NCBI RefSeq assembly: GCF_003324675.1 | Contig: NZ_CP030918.1 | Coordinates: 1,050,001-1,082,000 of the forward strand | Direction: 5' to 3' | Length of the DNA: 32,000 bases | Source of the DNA: Paracoccus suum | GTDB lineage: Bacteria; Pseudomonadota; Alphaproteobacteria; Rhodobacterales; Rhodobacteraceae | In this document: one piece after another, positions 25,668-32,000 of the stretch | Position numbering within the stretch: the stretch's first letter is position 1 | Layout: each line of letters opens with the position of its first letter | Made by a program: the position numbers and the translations under genes | The notes under the pieces: model-generated | Database searches by the model: none | Seen by the model: only the letters and a program-made list of their open reading frames with translations | Told to the model about the DNA's origin: nothing

Positions 25668-26279
25668 ATGGCCAATCATCTCTACCAGCATGACCTGCCC
25701 GACGGCCTCGATCTGGGGCCGGTCGTCGCGATCGATACCGAGACCATGGGCCTCGAACCACGACGCGACCGGCTGTGCCTGATCCAGCTGAGCAGCGGTG
25801 ACGGGAATGCGCATCTGGTGCAGGTCTCACGCGAGGTGCGGCCGGCGCCCAACCTGACACGGATGCTGGCCGATCCGGCGGTGGAAAAGCTGTTTCATTT
25901 CGGCCGGTTCGACATCGCCATGCTGGCCCGGACCTATGGCATCCTCGCATCGCCGGTCTGGTGCACCAAGATCGCCAGCAAGCTGGTGCGCACCTTTACC
26001 GACCGGCACGGCCTGAAATACTTGCTGAACGAAATCGGCGTGGATATCTCGAAGCACCAGCAGACCTCGGACTGGGGTGCGGCCCAATTGACCGAGGCAC
26101 AGCTGGATTATGCGGCCTCGGATGTCCTCTATCTGCACCGGCTGAAGGCCGAGCTTGAGGGGCGGCTGATGCGCGAGGGCCGGATGGCGCTGGCGCGCTC
26201 GTGCTTTGACTTCCTTCCGGTGCGGGCGCAACTCGACCTGATGGGTTGGGGCGACGAGGCCGACATCTTCCGCCACTAG
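25668..26279 (+). CDS. rnd: Small RNase D-like 3'-5' exonuclease (DEDDy domain only)
   Basis: 203 aa. Exo motifs VAIDTETMGL (DxE), KLFHFGRFDIAML, and YAASDVLYLHRL (Y-x3-D). No HRDC domain follows; this is the short form common in alphaproteobacteria. Confidence 0.85.
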   Translation: MANHLYQHDLPDGLDLGPVVAIDTETMGLEPRRDRLCLIQLSSGDGNAHLVQVSREVRPAPNLTRMLADPAVEKLFHFGRFDIAMLARTYGILASPVWCTKIASKLVRTFTDRHGLKYLLNEIGVDISKHQQTSDWGAAQLTEAQLDYAASDVLYLHRLKAELEGRLMREGRMALARSCFDFLPVRAQLDLMGWGDEADIFRH

Positions 26280-26280
26280 G

Positions 26281-27249
26281 ATGCACAGCATGGACAGCTA
26301 CCTGTCGACCGCGACCCGCGTCATCCGCCAGGAGGCCGAGGGGCTGGCTGCGCTGCAAGCCAGCCTGGATAGCGACCTGGCCGCGCCCTTTGCAGAGGCG
26401 ATGCGCCTGATCCTGGCCGCACGCGGCCGGGTGGTCGTGTCCGGCATGGGCAAGTCGGGTCATGTCGGGCGCAAGATCGCGGCTACCTTCGCCTCGACCG
26501 GAACGCCGGCGCAGTTCGTGCATCCGGCCGAGGCCAGCCACGGCGATCTGGGCATGGTGACCGAGGCTGACGTCGCCCTGGTGCTGTCCAACAGCGGAGA
26601 GACGCCCGAGATTGCCGACATCGTCGCCCACACCCGGCGGTTTGGCATTCCCCTGATCGGCATTGCCGGCCGCCCCGACAGCACGCTGTTGCGCCTGTCC
26701 GATGTCGCGCTGCTGCTGCCGCCGTCGCCCGAGGCCTGCGCCACCGGCATCGTGCCGACCACCTCGACCACCATGACGCTGGCGCTGGGCGATGCCCTCG
26801 CCGTCGCGCTGATGGAGCATCGGAAGTTCACGCCGGAGCATTTCCGCACCTTTCATCCGGGCGGCAAGCTGGGCGCGCGCCTCGCCAAGGTCGCCGACCT
26901 GATGCATGCCGAAATGCCGCTGGTGCCCGAGGATGCGCCCATGACCGACGCGCTGCTGACCATCAGCCGGATGGGCTTTGGCGTGACGGGCGTGACCGGC
27001 CCCGATGGCCGCCTGCGCGGCATCATCACCGACGGCGATTTGCGTCGACACATGGACGGCCTCTTGGCACATCGCGCGTCCGAGGTCATGACCCCGGCGC
27101 CGCGTACCATTGCCCCGGATGCGCTGGCGGAAACGGCTCTCGCCCAGATGCAGGATCGAAAGATCACCTGCCTGTTCTGCGTGGGTGATGACGGCCGGCC
27201 GCAGGGCATCCTGCACATCCACGACTGCCTGCGCGCCGGGATCGTGTAG
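26281..27249 (+). CDS. kdsD: Arabinose-5-phosphate isomerase KdsD/KpsF (SIS domain plus CBS pair)
   Basis: 322 aa. SIS motif VVVSGMGKSGHVGRKIAATFASTGTPAQFVHPAEASHGDLG...SNSGET.E. C-terminal tandem CBS domains (GITDGDLRR...). An alternative ATG at 26290 changes the N-terminus by 3 aa. Confidence 0.93.
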   Translation: MHSMDSYLSTATRVIRQEAEGLAALQASLDSDLAAPFAEAMRLILAARGRVVVSGMGKSGHVGRKIAATFASTGTPAQFVHPAEASHGDLGMVTEADVALVLSNSGETPEIADIVAHTRRFGIPLIGIAGRPDSTLLRLSDVALLLPPSPEACATGIVPTTSTTMTLALGDALAVALMEHRKFTPEHFRTFHPGGKLGARLAKVADLMHAEMPLVPEDAPMTDALLTISRMGFGVTGVTGPDGRLRGIITDGDLRRHMDGLLAHRASEVMTPAPRTIAPDALAETALAQMQDRKITCLFCVGDDGRPQGILHIHDCLRAGIV

Positions 27250-27255
27250 GCCAGG

Positions 27256-27870
27256 ATGGCTGCGGTGCGGGTCCCCGGCAATCTGCGCTCCTGCATCGTG
27301 GCGTGGCTGCGGGTGCTGCTGCCGTTGGCGGCGCTGGCGATCCTGTCGACGCTGTTCCTGCTCTCACGCCGGCCCGACCCCGAGCGCGCCATCCCCTATG
27401 CCAGCGTCGATGCCGAGGCGCGTGCTCGCGATCCCCAGATCACCGCCCCGACCTATGCCGGCGTGACGCCGGACGGTGCCCGCATTTCGCTGATCGCGGA
27501 CAGCGCCACCCCGGCGCGTGACGGCGATGGCATCGGCGGGGCCAAGGGGCTGCGACTCGACTGGCACGCCCAGGACGGGCTGGAGGCGTGGCTGACCGCC
27601 CCGCAAGCGCGGATGGAGGGGGGCGACATCACCCTGACCGGTGGGGTGATGGTGCGCACGTCGACCGGCTGGCGGCTGGACGCGCCGCAGGTCACCACGT
27701 CCACAAACCGGGCCTTGATCGGGGCCGAGGGCGGGGTTGCGGCCCAAGCGCCCTTTGGCGAGGTGACCGCGAGCACAATGCAGATCACCCGCCAGCCCGC
27801 CGCCGAGGGCGCACCGGAGGCGCATGTTCTCGATTTCACCGGCGGGGTGCGGCTGGTATACCTGCCGTGA
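27256..27870 (+). CDS. lptC: LPS export system protein LptC (divergent)
   Basis: 204 aa. N-terminal TM (VAWLRVLLPLAALAILSTLFLL), then a beta-rich periplasmic domain. Assigned mainly from its position between kdsD and lptA and from the LptC-like pattern (ARISLIADSA...LDWHAQDG...ITLTGGVMV). Confidence 0.7.
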   Translation: MAAVRVPGNLRSCIVAWLRVLLPLAALAILSTLFLLSRRPDPERAIPYASVDAEARARDPQITAPTYAGVTPDGARISLIADSATPARDGDGIGGAKGLRLDWHAQDGLEAWLTAPQARMEGGDITLTGGVMVRTSTGWRLDAPQVTTSTNRALIGAEGGVAAQAPFGEVTASTMQITRQPAAEGAPEAHVLDFTGGVRLVYLP

Positions 27871-27898
27871 TGATTTCGCCCTCTGCGAGGTAAGTGCG

Positions 27899-28432
27899 AT
27901 GCTGCTGCGCCCGGCCCTGACTGCCCTGATGCTGGCCGCTGCCGGTGCGGCGCTGCTGCCAGGCGGCCCCGCCGCGGCGCAAAACGTGGCCGAGCGCGCG
28001 GTCAATGGGGCGGCGACGATCTTTGGCGGGATGAAGGCCGACACCAAATCGCCGGTCGAGGTTACCTCGGACCGCCTGTCGGTGAATCAGGCCGATGGCA
28101 CAGCGACGTTCGGCGGAAACGTCGTCATCTCCCAGGGTGAGATGCGCCTGAAGGCCGCGGATGTGACCGTGGTCTATGCCGGCAACGACCGCCGGCGGAT
28201 CAGCAAGCTGCGGGCGACGGGCGGGGTCACGCTGGTCAACGGCCCTGATGCCGCCGAGGCGCGCGAGGCCAGCTATGACGTCGAGGCGGGCACAGTGACG
28301 CTGACCGGCGACGTGCTGCTGAGCCAGGGCGACAACGTGCTGTCGGGGCAGACGATGGTGGTGAACCTCGCCGACGGCACCGCCTCGGTCGAGGGTCGGG
28401 TGCGCAGTGTTCTGCAGCCCGGCAGCAACTGA
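27899..28432 (+). CDS. lptA: LPS transport periplasmic protein LptA (OstA_N family)
   Basis: Track ORF 27824..28432 trimmed to the ATG at 27899 (MLLRPALTALMLAAAGAALLPGGPAAAQ, signal peptide). Repeating OstA-like strands: VEVTSDRLSVNQADGTATFGGNVVISQGEMRLKAADVTVVY..., ATGGVTLVNG...A..A.YDVEAGTVTLTGDVLLSQGDNVLSGQTMVVNLADGTASVEG. 177 aa. Confidence 0.88.
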   Translation: MLLRPALTALMLAAAGAALLPGGPAAAQNVAERAVNGAATIFGGMKADTKSPVEVTSDRLSVNQADGTATFGGNVVISQGEMRLKAADVTVVYAGNDRRRISKLRATGGVTLVNGPDAAEAREASYDVEAGTVTLTGDVLLSQGDNVLSGQTMVVNLADGTASVEGRVRSVLQPGSN

Positions 28433-29217
28433 TGGCGCCCGAAGTGATGCCGGCGCGGGCCGCTGCGCCCGCGCTTGTCCCCGCAGTTGCGCCTGACGGG
28501 CTGGCGGTCCGCGGGCTGCGCAAATCCTATCGCAACCGGCCAGTAATCCTCGATGTCTCGCTGGACCTCGCACGGGGCGAGGTGGTGGCCCTGCTGGGGC
28601 CGAACGGGTCGGGCAAGACGACCTGCTTTTACTGCATCGCCGGGCTGATCGCCCCCGACGCGGGGCAGGTGGCGATCGACGGGCAGGACGTCACCCGGCT
28701 GCCCATGTTCCGCCGCGCCCGGCTGGGCATCGGCTATCTGCCGCAGGAGATGTCGATCTTTCGCGGCCTGACGGTCGAGCAGAACATCATGGCCGTGCTG
28801 GAGGTCGCGCTGCGCGACAGCCATCAGCGACGCGACCGGCTGGAGGAGTTGCTGGGCGATTTCTCGATCGGTCATCTGCGCAGCGCCCCGGCCCTCGCGC
28901 TATCGGGCGGCGAGCGGCGTCGGGTCGAGATCGCGCGCTGCCTCGCTTCGGACCCGCGCTATCTGCTGCTGGACGAGCCTTTTGCGGGCGTCGATCCGAT
29001 TGCCGTGGGCGAGATCCGCACGCTGGTGGCGACGCTGAAGGACCGGGGCCTCGGGGTGCTGATCACAGATCACAACGTGCGCGAGACGCTCGGCATCGTC
29101 GATAGGGCCTGCATTCTGCATGACGGGCGCATGCTGATGGGCGGCACGGCGGCCGAAGTGATCGCCGATCCCGATGTCCGGCGCGTCTATCTGGGCGACA
29201 GTTTCAGCGTCGGCTGA
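28432..29217 (+). CDS. lptB: LPS export ABC transporter ATP-binding protein LptB
   Basis: 261 aa. Walker A GPNGSGKTT, Q-loop YLPQE.SIFRGLTV, signature LSGGERRRVEIAR, Walker B LLLDEPFAGVDP, H-loop ITDHNVRETL. The ATG shares its first base with the last base of the lptA TGA stop (TGATG). The first ~20 residues are Ala/Pro-rich. Confidence 0.96.
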   Translation: MAPEVMPARAAAPALVPAVAPDGLAVRGLRKSYRNRPVILDVSLDLARGEVVALLGPNGSGKTTCFYCIAGLIAPDAGQVAIDGQDVTRLPMFRRARLGIGYLPQEMSIFRGLTVEQNIMAVLEVALRDSHQRRDRLEELLGDFSIGHLRSAPALALSGGERRRVEIARCLASDPRYLLLDEPFAGVDPIAVGEIRTLVATLKDRGLGVLITDHNVRETLGIVDRACILHDGRMLMGGTAAEVIADPDVRRVYLGDSFSVG

Positions 29218-29334
29218 CGGTCGATTTTGAGGCCATGCCAGGATCGTTGACTTGCCGGCCGGATCGCGGCCTCATGGGGCATGTCGATGCGCCGCGCCCG
29301 CACCGGATCTGCCATCATCCGAACACCGGACGAA

Positions 29335-29360
29335 GGGACCTGCGCCCGGCTTTGGGCGTT
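29335..29360 (+). promoter_or_regulatory. Weak candidate EcfG-type (general stress response) promoter upstream of hpf
   Basis: GGGAC (29335-29339), N17, CGTT (29357-29360), against the alphaproteobacterial EcfG consensus GGAAC-N16/17-CGTT (one mismatch). It would give a 5' UTR of about 45 nt before the AAGGAG RBS and the hpf ATG at 29411. Pattern match only. Confidence 0.15.
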
Positions 29361-29410
29361 GCGATTCAGCAGGCCGCGCGCCGACGCTACAGACAAGGAG
29401 ACGGACCAGG

Positions 29411-29989
29411 ATGCGCTATCAGATCAGCGGCAAGCAAATCGACATCGGCGATGCCCTGTCCACACATGTAAAGACCGAACTGGGCGCGACGGTCGACAAA
29501 TACGCCCAGCGGCCGACCGACGCGACCGTCGTTTTTTCCAAGGATGCCTATAACTTCCTGTGCGAATCGGTGGTTCATCTGTCGACCGGCCTGACGGCGC
29601 AGGCACGCGGTCAGGCTGTCGACATCTATGCCGCCTTCGAGGCCTGCCGCGAGAAGATGGACAAGCAGTTGCGCCGCTACAAGCGCCGGCTGAAGGATCA
29701 CCACAAGGAGCGCTCTGAGCCGGTTGAGTTCAGTGCCGCCGGGACCTATGTGCTGGCCGGCGACGAGGACGAGTGGGAGGCCGCTGACGGCGACGGCCTC
29801 CAGCCGATCATCATCGCCGAGATGGAGACTCGCGTGCCCACCCTGTCGGTTGGCGATGCCGTCATGCAGCTGGAACTGTCGGGCCATCCGCTGCTGGTGT
29901 TCCGCAACGAGAAACATGGCGGCGTCAATGTTGTCCACCGCCGCGACGACGGCAACGTGGGCTGGATCGACCCCCGCAACCTGAAGTGA
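29411..29989 (+). CDS. hpf: Ribosome hibernation promoting factor HPF, long form
   Basis: Track ORF 29252..29989 trimmed to the ATG at 29411, preceded by AAGGAG. MRYQISGKQIDIGDALSTHVKTEL...VVFSKD...FLCESVVHLSTG...A.G.A.DIYAAFEACREKMDKQLRRYKRRLKDHH (S30AE/YfiA N-domain). C-terminal dimerisation domain IIAEMETRVPTLSVGDAVMQLELSGHPLLVFRNEKHGGVNVVHRRDDGNVGWIDP. 192 aa. Confidence 0.93.
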   Translation: MRYQISGKQIDIGDALSTHVKTELGATVDKYAQRPTDATVVFSKDAYNFLCESVVHLSTGLTAQARGQAVDIYAAFEACREKMDKQLRRYKRRLKDHHKERSEPVEFSAAGTYVLAGDEDEWEAADGDGLQPIIIAEMETRVPTLSVGDAVMQLELSGHPLLVFRNEKHGGVNVVHRRDDGNVGWIDPRNLK

Positions 29990-30025
29990 GGCGCGGCCGC
30001 GGCAGCGGCGCGATTGAGACGACCT

Positions 30026-30490
30026 ATGCAGATCGCCGATATTCTTTCGCCCGCCGCTGTCCGCTCGGTTGCCCAGGTGGCCAGCAAGAAACGCCTGTTC
30101 CATGAGGTCGCCGATCTGGCGGCGGCGGCTTACGGGCTGCCCGCCGCCACCACGCTCGACGCTCTTCAGGAGCGCGAGAGCCTCGGCCCGACCGGGGTCG
30201 GCCATGGCGTTGCAGTGCCCCATGCCCGGTTACACGGCCTCGACCGGGTAAAGGCGCTATTCCTGCGGCTGGAAAAGCCGCTGGATTTCGACGCAGTGGA
30301 CCGTCAGCCGGTGGACCTGGTGTTCGCGCTGCTGGCACCCTCGACCGGAGGCGTCGATCACCTCAAGGCACTCGCCTTGGTGTCCCGCACGGTTCGTGAT
30401 CCGAAGCTGCGCGAGATGCTGCGCGCCAATGCGGACCCCGTGGCTCTGCATGCCCTGCTGGTGCAGGCGACGGCGACCAAGGCGGCCTGA
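30026..30490 (+). CDS. ptsN: Nitrogen-related PTS EIIA component PtsN (EIIA-Ntr)
   Basis: 154 aa from the ATG at 30026 (MQIADILSP...); the track ORF begins 4 codons earlier at a TTG. Motifs ...KKRLFHEVADLAA......L.ERE.LG.TGVGHGVAVPHARL (phosphorylatable His) and VDLVFALLAP......HLKALA.VSR. Confidence 0.9.
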   Translation: MQIADILSPAAVRSVAQVASKKRLFHEVADLAAAAYGLPAATTLDALQERESLGPTGVGHGVAVPHARLHGLDRVKALFLRLEKPLDFDAVDRQPVDLVFALLAPSTGGVDHLKALALVSRTVRDPKLREMLRANADPVALHALLVQATATKAA

Positions 30491-30630
30491 GGTCGGAACC
30501 GCCCTGACGCCGGCTGAGGCTCTGACCTGTCAGCGGCGTCGCATCACTTCGATCAAGGTGACTTGAGGCTAGTGTATCGGTCTTGCGCTCAGCTAACAGG
30601 TCTGCGGGGCGCGCTGTCAGCCTTGGCGCG

Positions 30631-31155
30631 TCACTTCAGCGGCGCGGGTGGGGCCGATGGCACCTGCGCGCCGGCGCGGCGGTACTGCTCCAGGGTGGGC
30701 CAGGGGTCCAGCGTTTGGCCACGGTAGGCGCGATTGTAGACGTTGGTCTTGGCGATGTTTTCCAGCAGCCGGCGCCCGCGGCGCGAGCGGAACTCGGCAT
30801 CCTCGGTCGCGGTCACCTGGCGGATGCCCGGGGTGACGCCCCCGCGCCCGGCGTAAGAGATCAGCCCGCCATCACCCGCGCCGACACCGCGCGCGCTCAA
30901 CTGCGCGGGATTGCCGCCAAGGGTCGCGACCGCATCGGCCAGTGGGGTCGGGTCGGTGATGTTGCTGCCGCCCGGCGTAGGCGCGGGCAGCTGGTTCAGG
31001 TCCGCCGGCAGGCTGAGCGCCTTGGTCGGCAGGATGGCGAACTCGTCCGGACCCTCCGAACTGCCGGCGAGATTGTTCAATTTCCCGTCGTTGCTGCAAC
31101 CTGCCAGCAGCGCGACCGCGGCCAGACAACCGAAACCCAAGTTTATCAAGCGCAT
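30631..31155 (-). CDS. Lipoprotein, DUF3035-like, unknown function
   Basis: Track ORF trimmed to the ATG at 31153-31155: MRLINLGFGCLAAVALLAG-CSNDG (lipobox). It then reads GPDEFAILPTKALSLPADLNQLPAPTPGGSNITDPTP..DAVATLGG, as I recall it from DUF3035 lipoproteins that often sit next to lspA in alphaproteobacteria. The family name is from memory, not from a search. Confidence 0.65.
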   Translation of the reverse strand: MRLINLGFGCLAAVALLAGCSNDGKLNNLAGSSEGPDEFAILPTKALSLPADLNQLPAPTPGGSNITDPTPLADAVATLGGNPAQLSARGVGAGDGGLISYAGRGGVTPGIRQVTATEDAEFRSRRGRRLLENIAKTNVYNRAYRGQTLDPWPTLEQYRRAGAQVPSAPPAPLK

Positions 31156-31185
31156 CGACCGCCCCGTCCCCAGCATTGCGCCTGT

Positions 31186-31833
31186 CTAACGCGTCTTGCC
31201 CGCGTCGTCACGCGCCTTGTCCGGCTGCGGCTGCAGCACCAGCCCGATTGCGCCGGCGAAAATGGCGATATCGGCAAGATTGAAGCTGTAGGGATTGGTC
31301 CAGCCGGGCAGCGACATGTTCAGGAAATCCGCCACCGCGCCATAGGTGATGCGGTCGATGACATTGCCCAACGCGCCGCCGATCAGCAGCCCGGCGGCGA
31401 TCCGCGCATAGCGCCCGGGCCGCGCCCGCCGCACCCACAGGGTGACCCAGATGCAGACCGCGATGGCGATGGCGACCAGCACCCAGCGCATGATGTCCGC
31501 GCCGCCGGAGAACAGGCCAAAGTTCACGCCCTGGTTCCAAGCCATGCGCAGGTTCAGGAAAGGGTCGATGACGTCCAGTTCGCGCAGGGTCGCCAGATCG
31601 AGCGTCTGGACAACCAGCCACTTGCTGGCCTGGTCCACCGCAATCGTCGCCGCTGCCGTGATCGCGGTTAGGCGCAGCGGCCAGTCCGCGGGCGCAGGGG
31701 GTACGGGCGCGGCGTTCTTGGCACTTGCGCGCGGGCCCGCCGCGCCCACCGGCTTTGCCTTGGGGGTGCGCTTGCGCGGCGGCTTGGGCGCTGCTGGACC
31801 TGCGCGCGTGCCGGGGGGCGTCGGGGCGGCCAT
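31186..31833 (-). CDS. lspA: Lipoprotein signal peptidase LspA (signal peptidase II) with a ~50-aa basic Pro/Ala/Lys-rich N-terminal extension
   Basis: 215 aa. Core [22 protein letters not shown]...NQGVNFGLF...[10 protein letters not shown]...[21 protein letters not shown]......[20 protein letters not shown], with the catalytic Asp-containing motifs NxGxxFG, GNxxDR and FNxAD. ATG at 31831-31833 in an ATGA overlap with the purH stop. An internal GTG at 31747-31749 is a possible shorter start. Confidence 0.88.
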   Translation of the reverse strand: MAAPTPPGTRAGPAAPKPPRKRTPKAKPVGAAGPRASAKNAAPVPPAPADWPLRLTAITAAATIAVDQASKWLVVQTLDLATLRELDVIDPFLNLRMAWNQGVNFGLFSGGADIMRWVLVAIAIAVCIWVTLWVRRARPGRYARIAAGLLIGGALGNVIDRITYGAVADFLNMSLPGWTNPYSFNLADIAIFAGAIGLVLQPQPDKARDDAGKTR

Positions 31834-32000
31834 CAGTGGCGGAAATGCCGTTGGCCGGTGAACACCATGGCGAGCCCCAGGCGGTCGGCGGCGGCGATGA
31901 CTTCGGCATCCCGCATCGAGCCGCCGGGCTGGATGACTGCCACTGCGCCGGCCTCCGCCAGGGCCTCCACACCGTCGGCAAAGGGAAAGAACGCGTCCGA
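31833..32000 (-). CDS. purH: Bifunctional AICAR transformylase/IMP cyclohydrolase PurH, C-terminal 55 codons (5' part beyond the window end)
   Basis: Own reverse translation: [55 protein letters not shown], the highly conserved PurH C-terminus. Not in the ORF track because it has no start inside the window. Confidence 0.93.
   Translation of the reverse strand, partial: SDAFFPFADGVEALAEAGAVAVIQPGGSMRDAEVIAAADRLGLAMVFTGQRHFRH

Noticed and set aside
30491-30630. Convergent ptsN/lipoprotein intergenic region with nested palindromes (GACGCCG…CGGCGTC enclosing CTGACctGTCAG) and a repeated TGAGGCT. Considered as an sRNA or REP-like element.
   Set aside because: The stems are short, no U-tract or promoter-like element is evident, and the motif does not recur elsewhere in the window. 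It is most simply a weak bidirectional terminator region, and I could not support more from sequence alone.

Overview
This is a densely packed, very GC-rich window (roughly two-thirds G+C by eye, not computed). It looks like core chromosome of an alphaproteobacterium. The gene order and protein sequences resemble Rhodobacterales (Rhodobacter/Paracoccus-like), but that assignment is inference only. I call 38 protein-coding genes (two truncated by the window edges) and one tRNA-Thr(CGU).

Gene content, by coordinate:
- ftsH, tilS and a complete Tol-Pal cluster (tolQ-tolR-tolA-tolB-pal-cpoB) on the minus strand.
- A head-to-head pair that looks like a split MnmC.
- A co-directional minus-strand run: ubiA, a large OmpA-like protein, a small TM/coiled-coil protein, an AroQ chorismate mutase, folD and ybgC.
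- rsmE, then a DUF1127 small-protein gene behind the only clearly AT-richer, motif-dense intergenic region of the window.
- prmA, msrA, then the chain tsaD-gpsA-yciI-EVE.
- hemD, an alphaproteobacterial Mic60 (mitofilin) homologue and a hemY-like gene.
- tRNA-Thr, a small RNase D-like exonuclease, and kdsD-lptC-lptA-lptB followed directly by hpf-ptsN with no rpoN between them.
- A DUF3035-like lipoprotein, lspA and the 3' end of purH.

Many neighbouring genes overlap by 4 nt (ATGA/GTGA). I used those overlaps to choose start codons, and several long ORFs in the supplied track are trimmed accordingly.

I see no transposase, integrase, phage, CRISPR, toxin-antitoxin or defence-island content, and I cannot honestly point to a clearly new multi-gene system. 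The most second-look-worthy items are:
- the hemD-mic60-hemY module;
- the 779-aa modular OmpA-like protein with its small coiled-coil partner;
- the GCAT-palindrome-rich leader of the DUF1127 gene;
- the split, divergent MnmC pair wedged into the ybgC/tol cluster;
- the rpoN-less lptB-hpf junction.

All functional calls come from motif and family recognition by eye. No database search was run.
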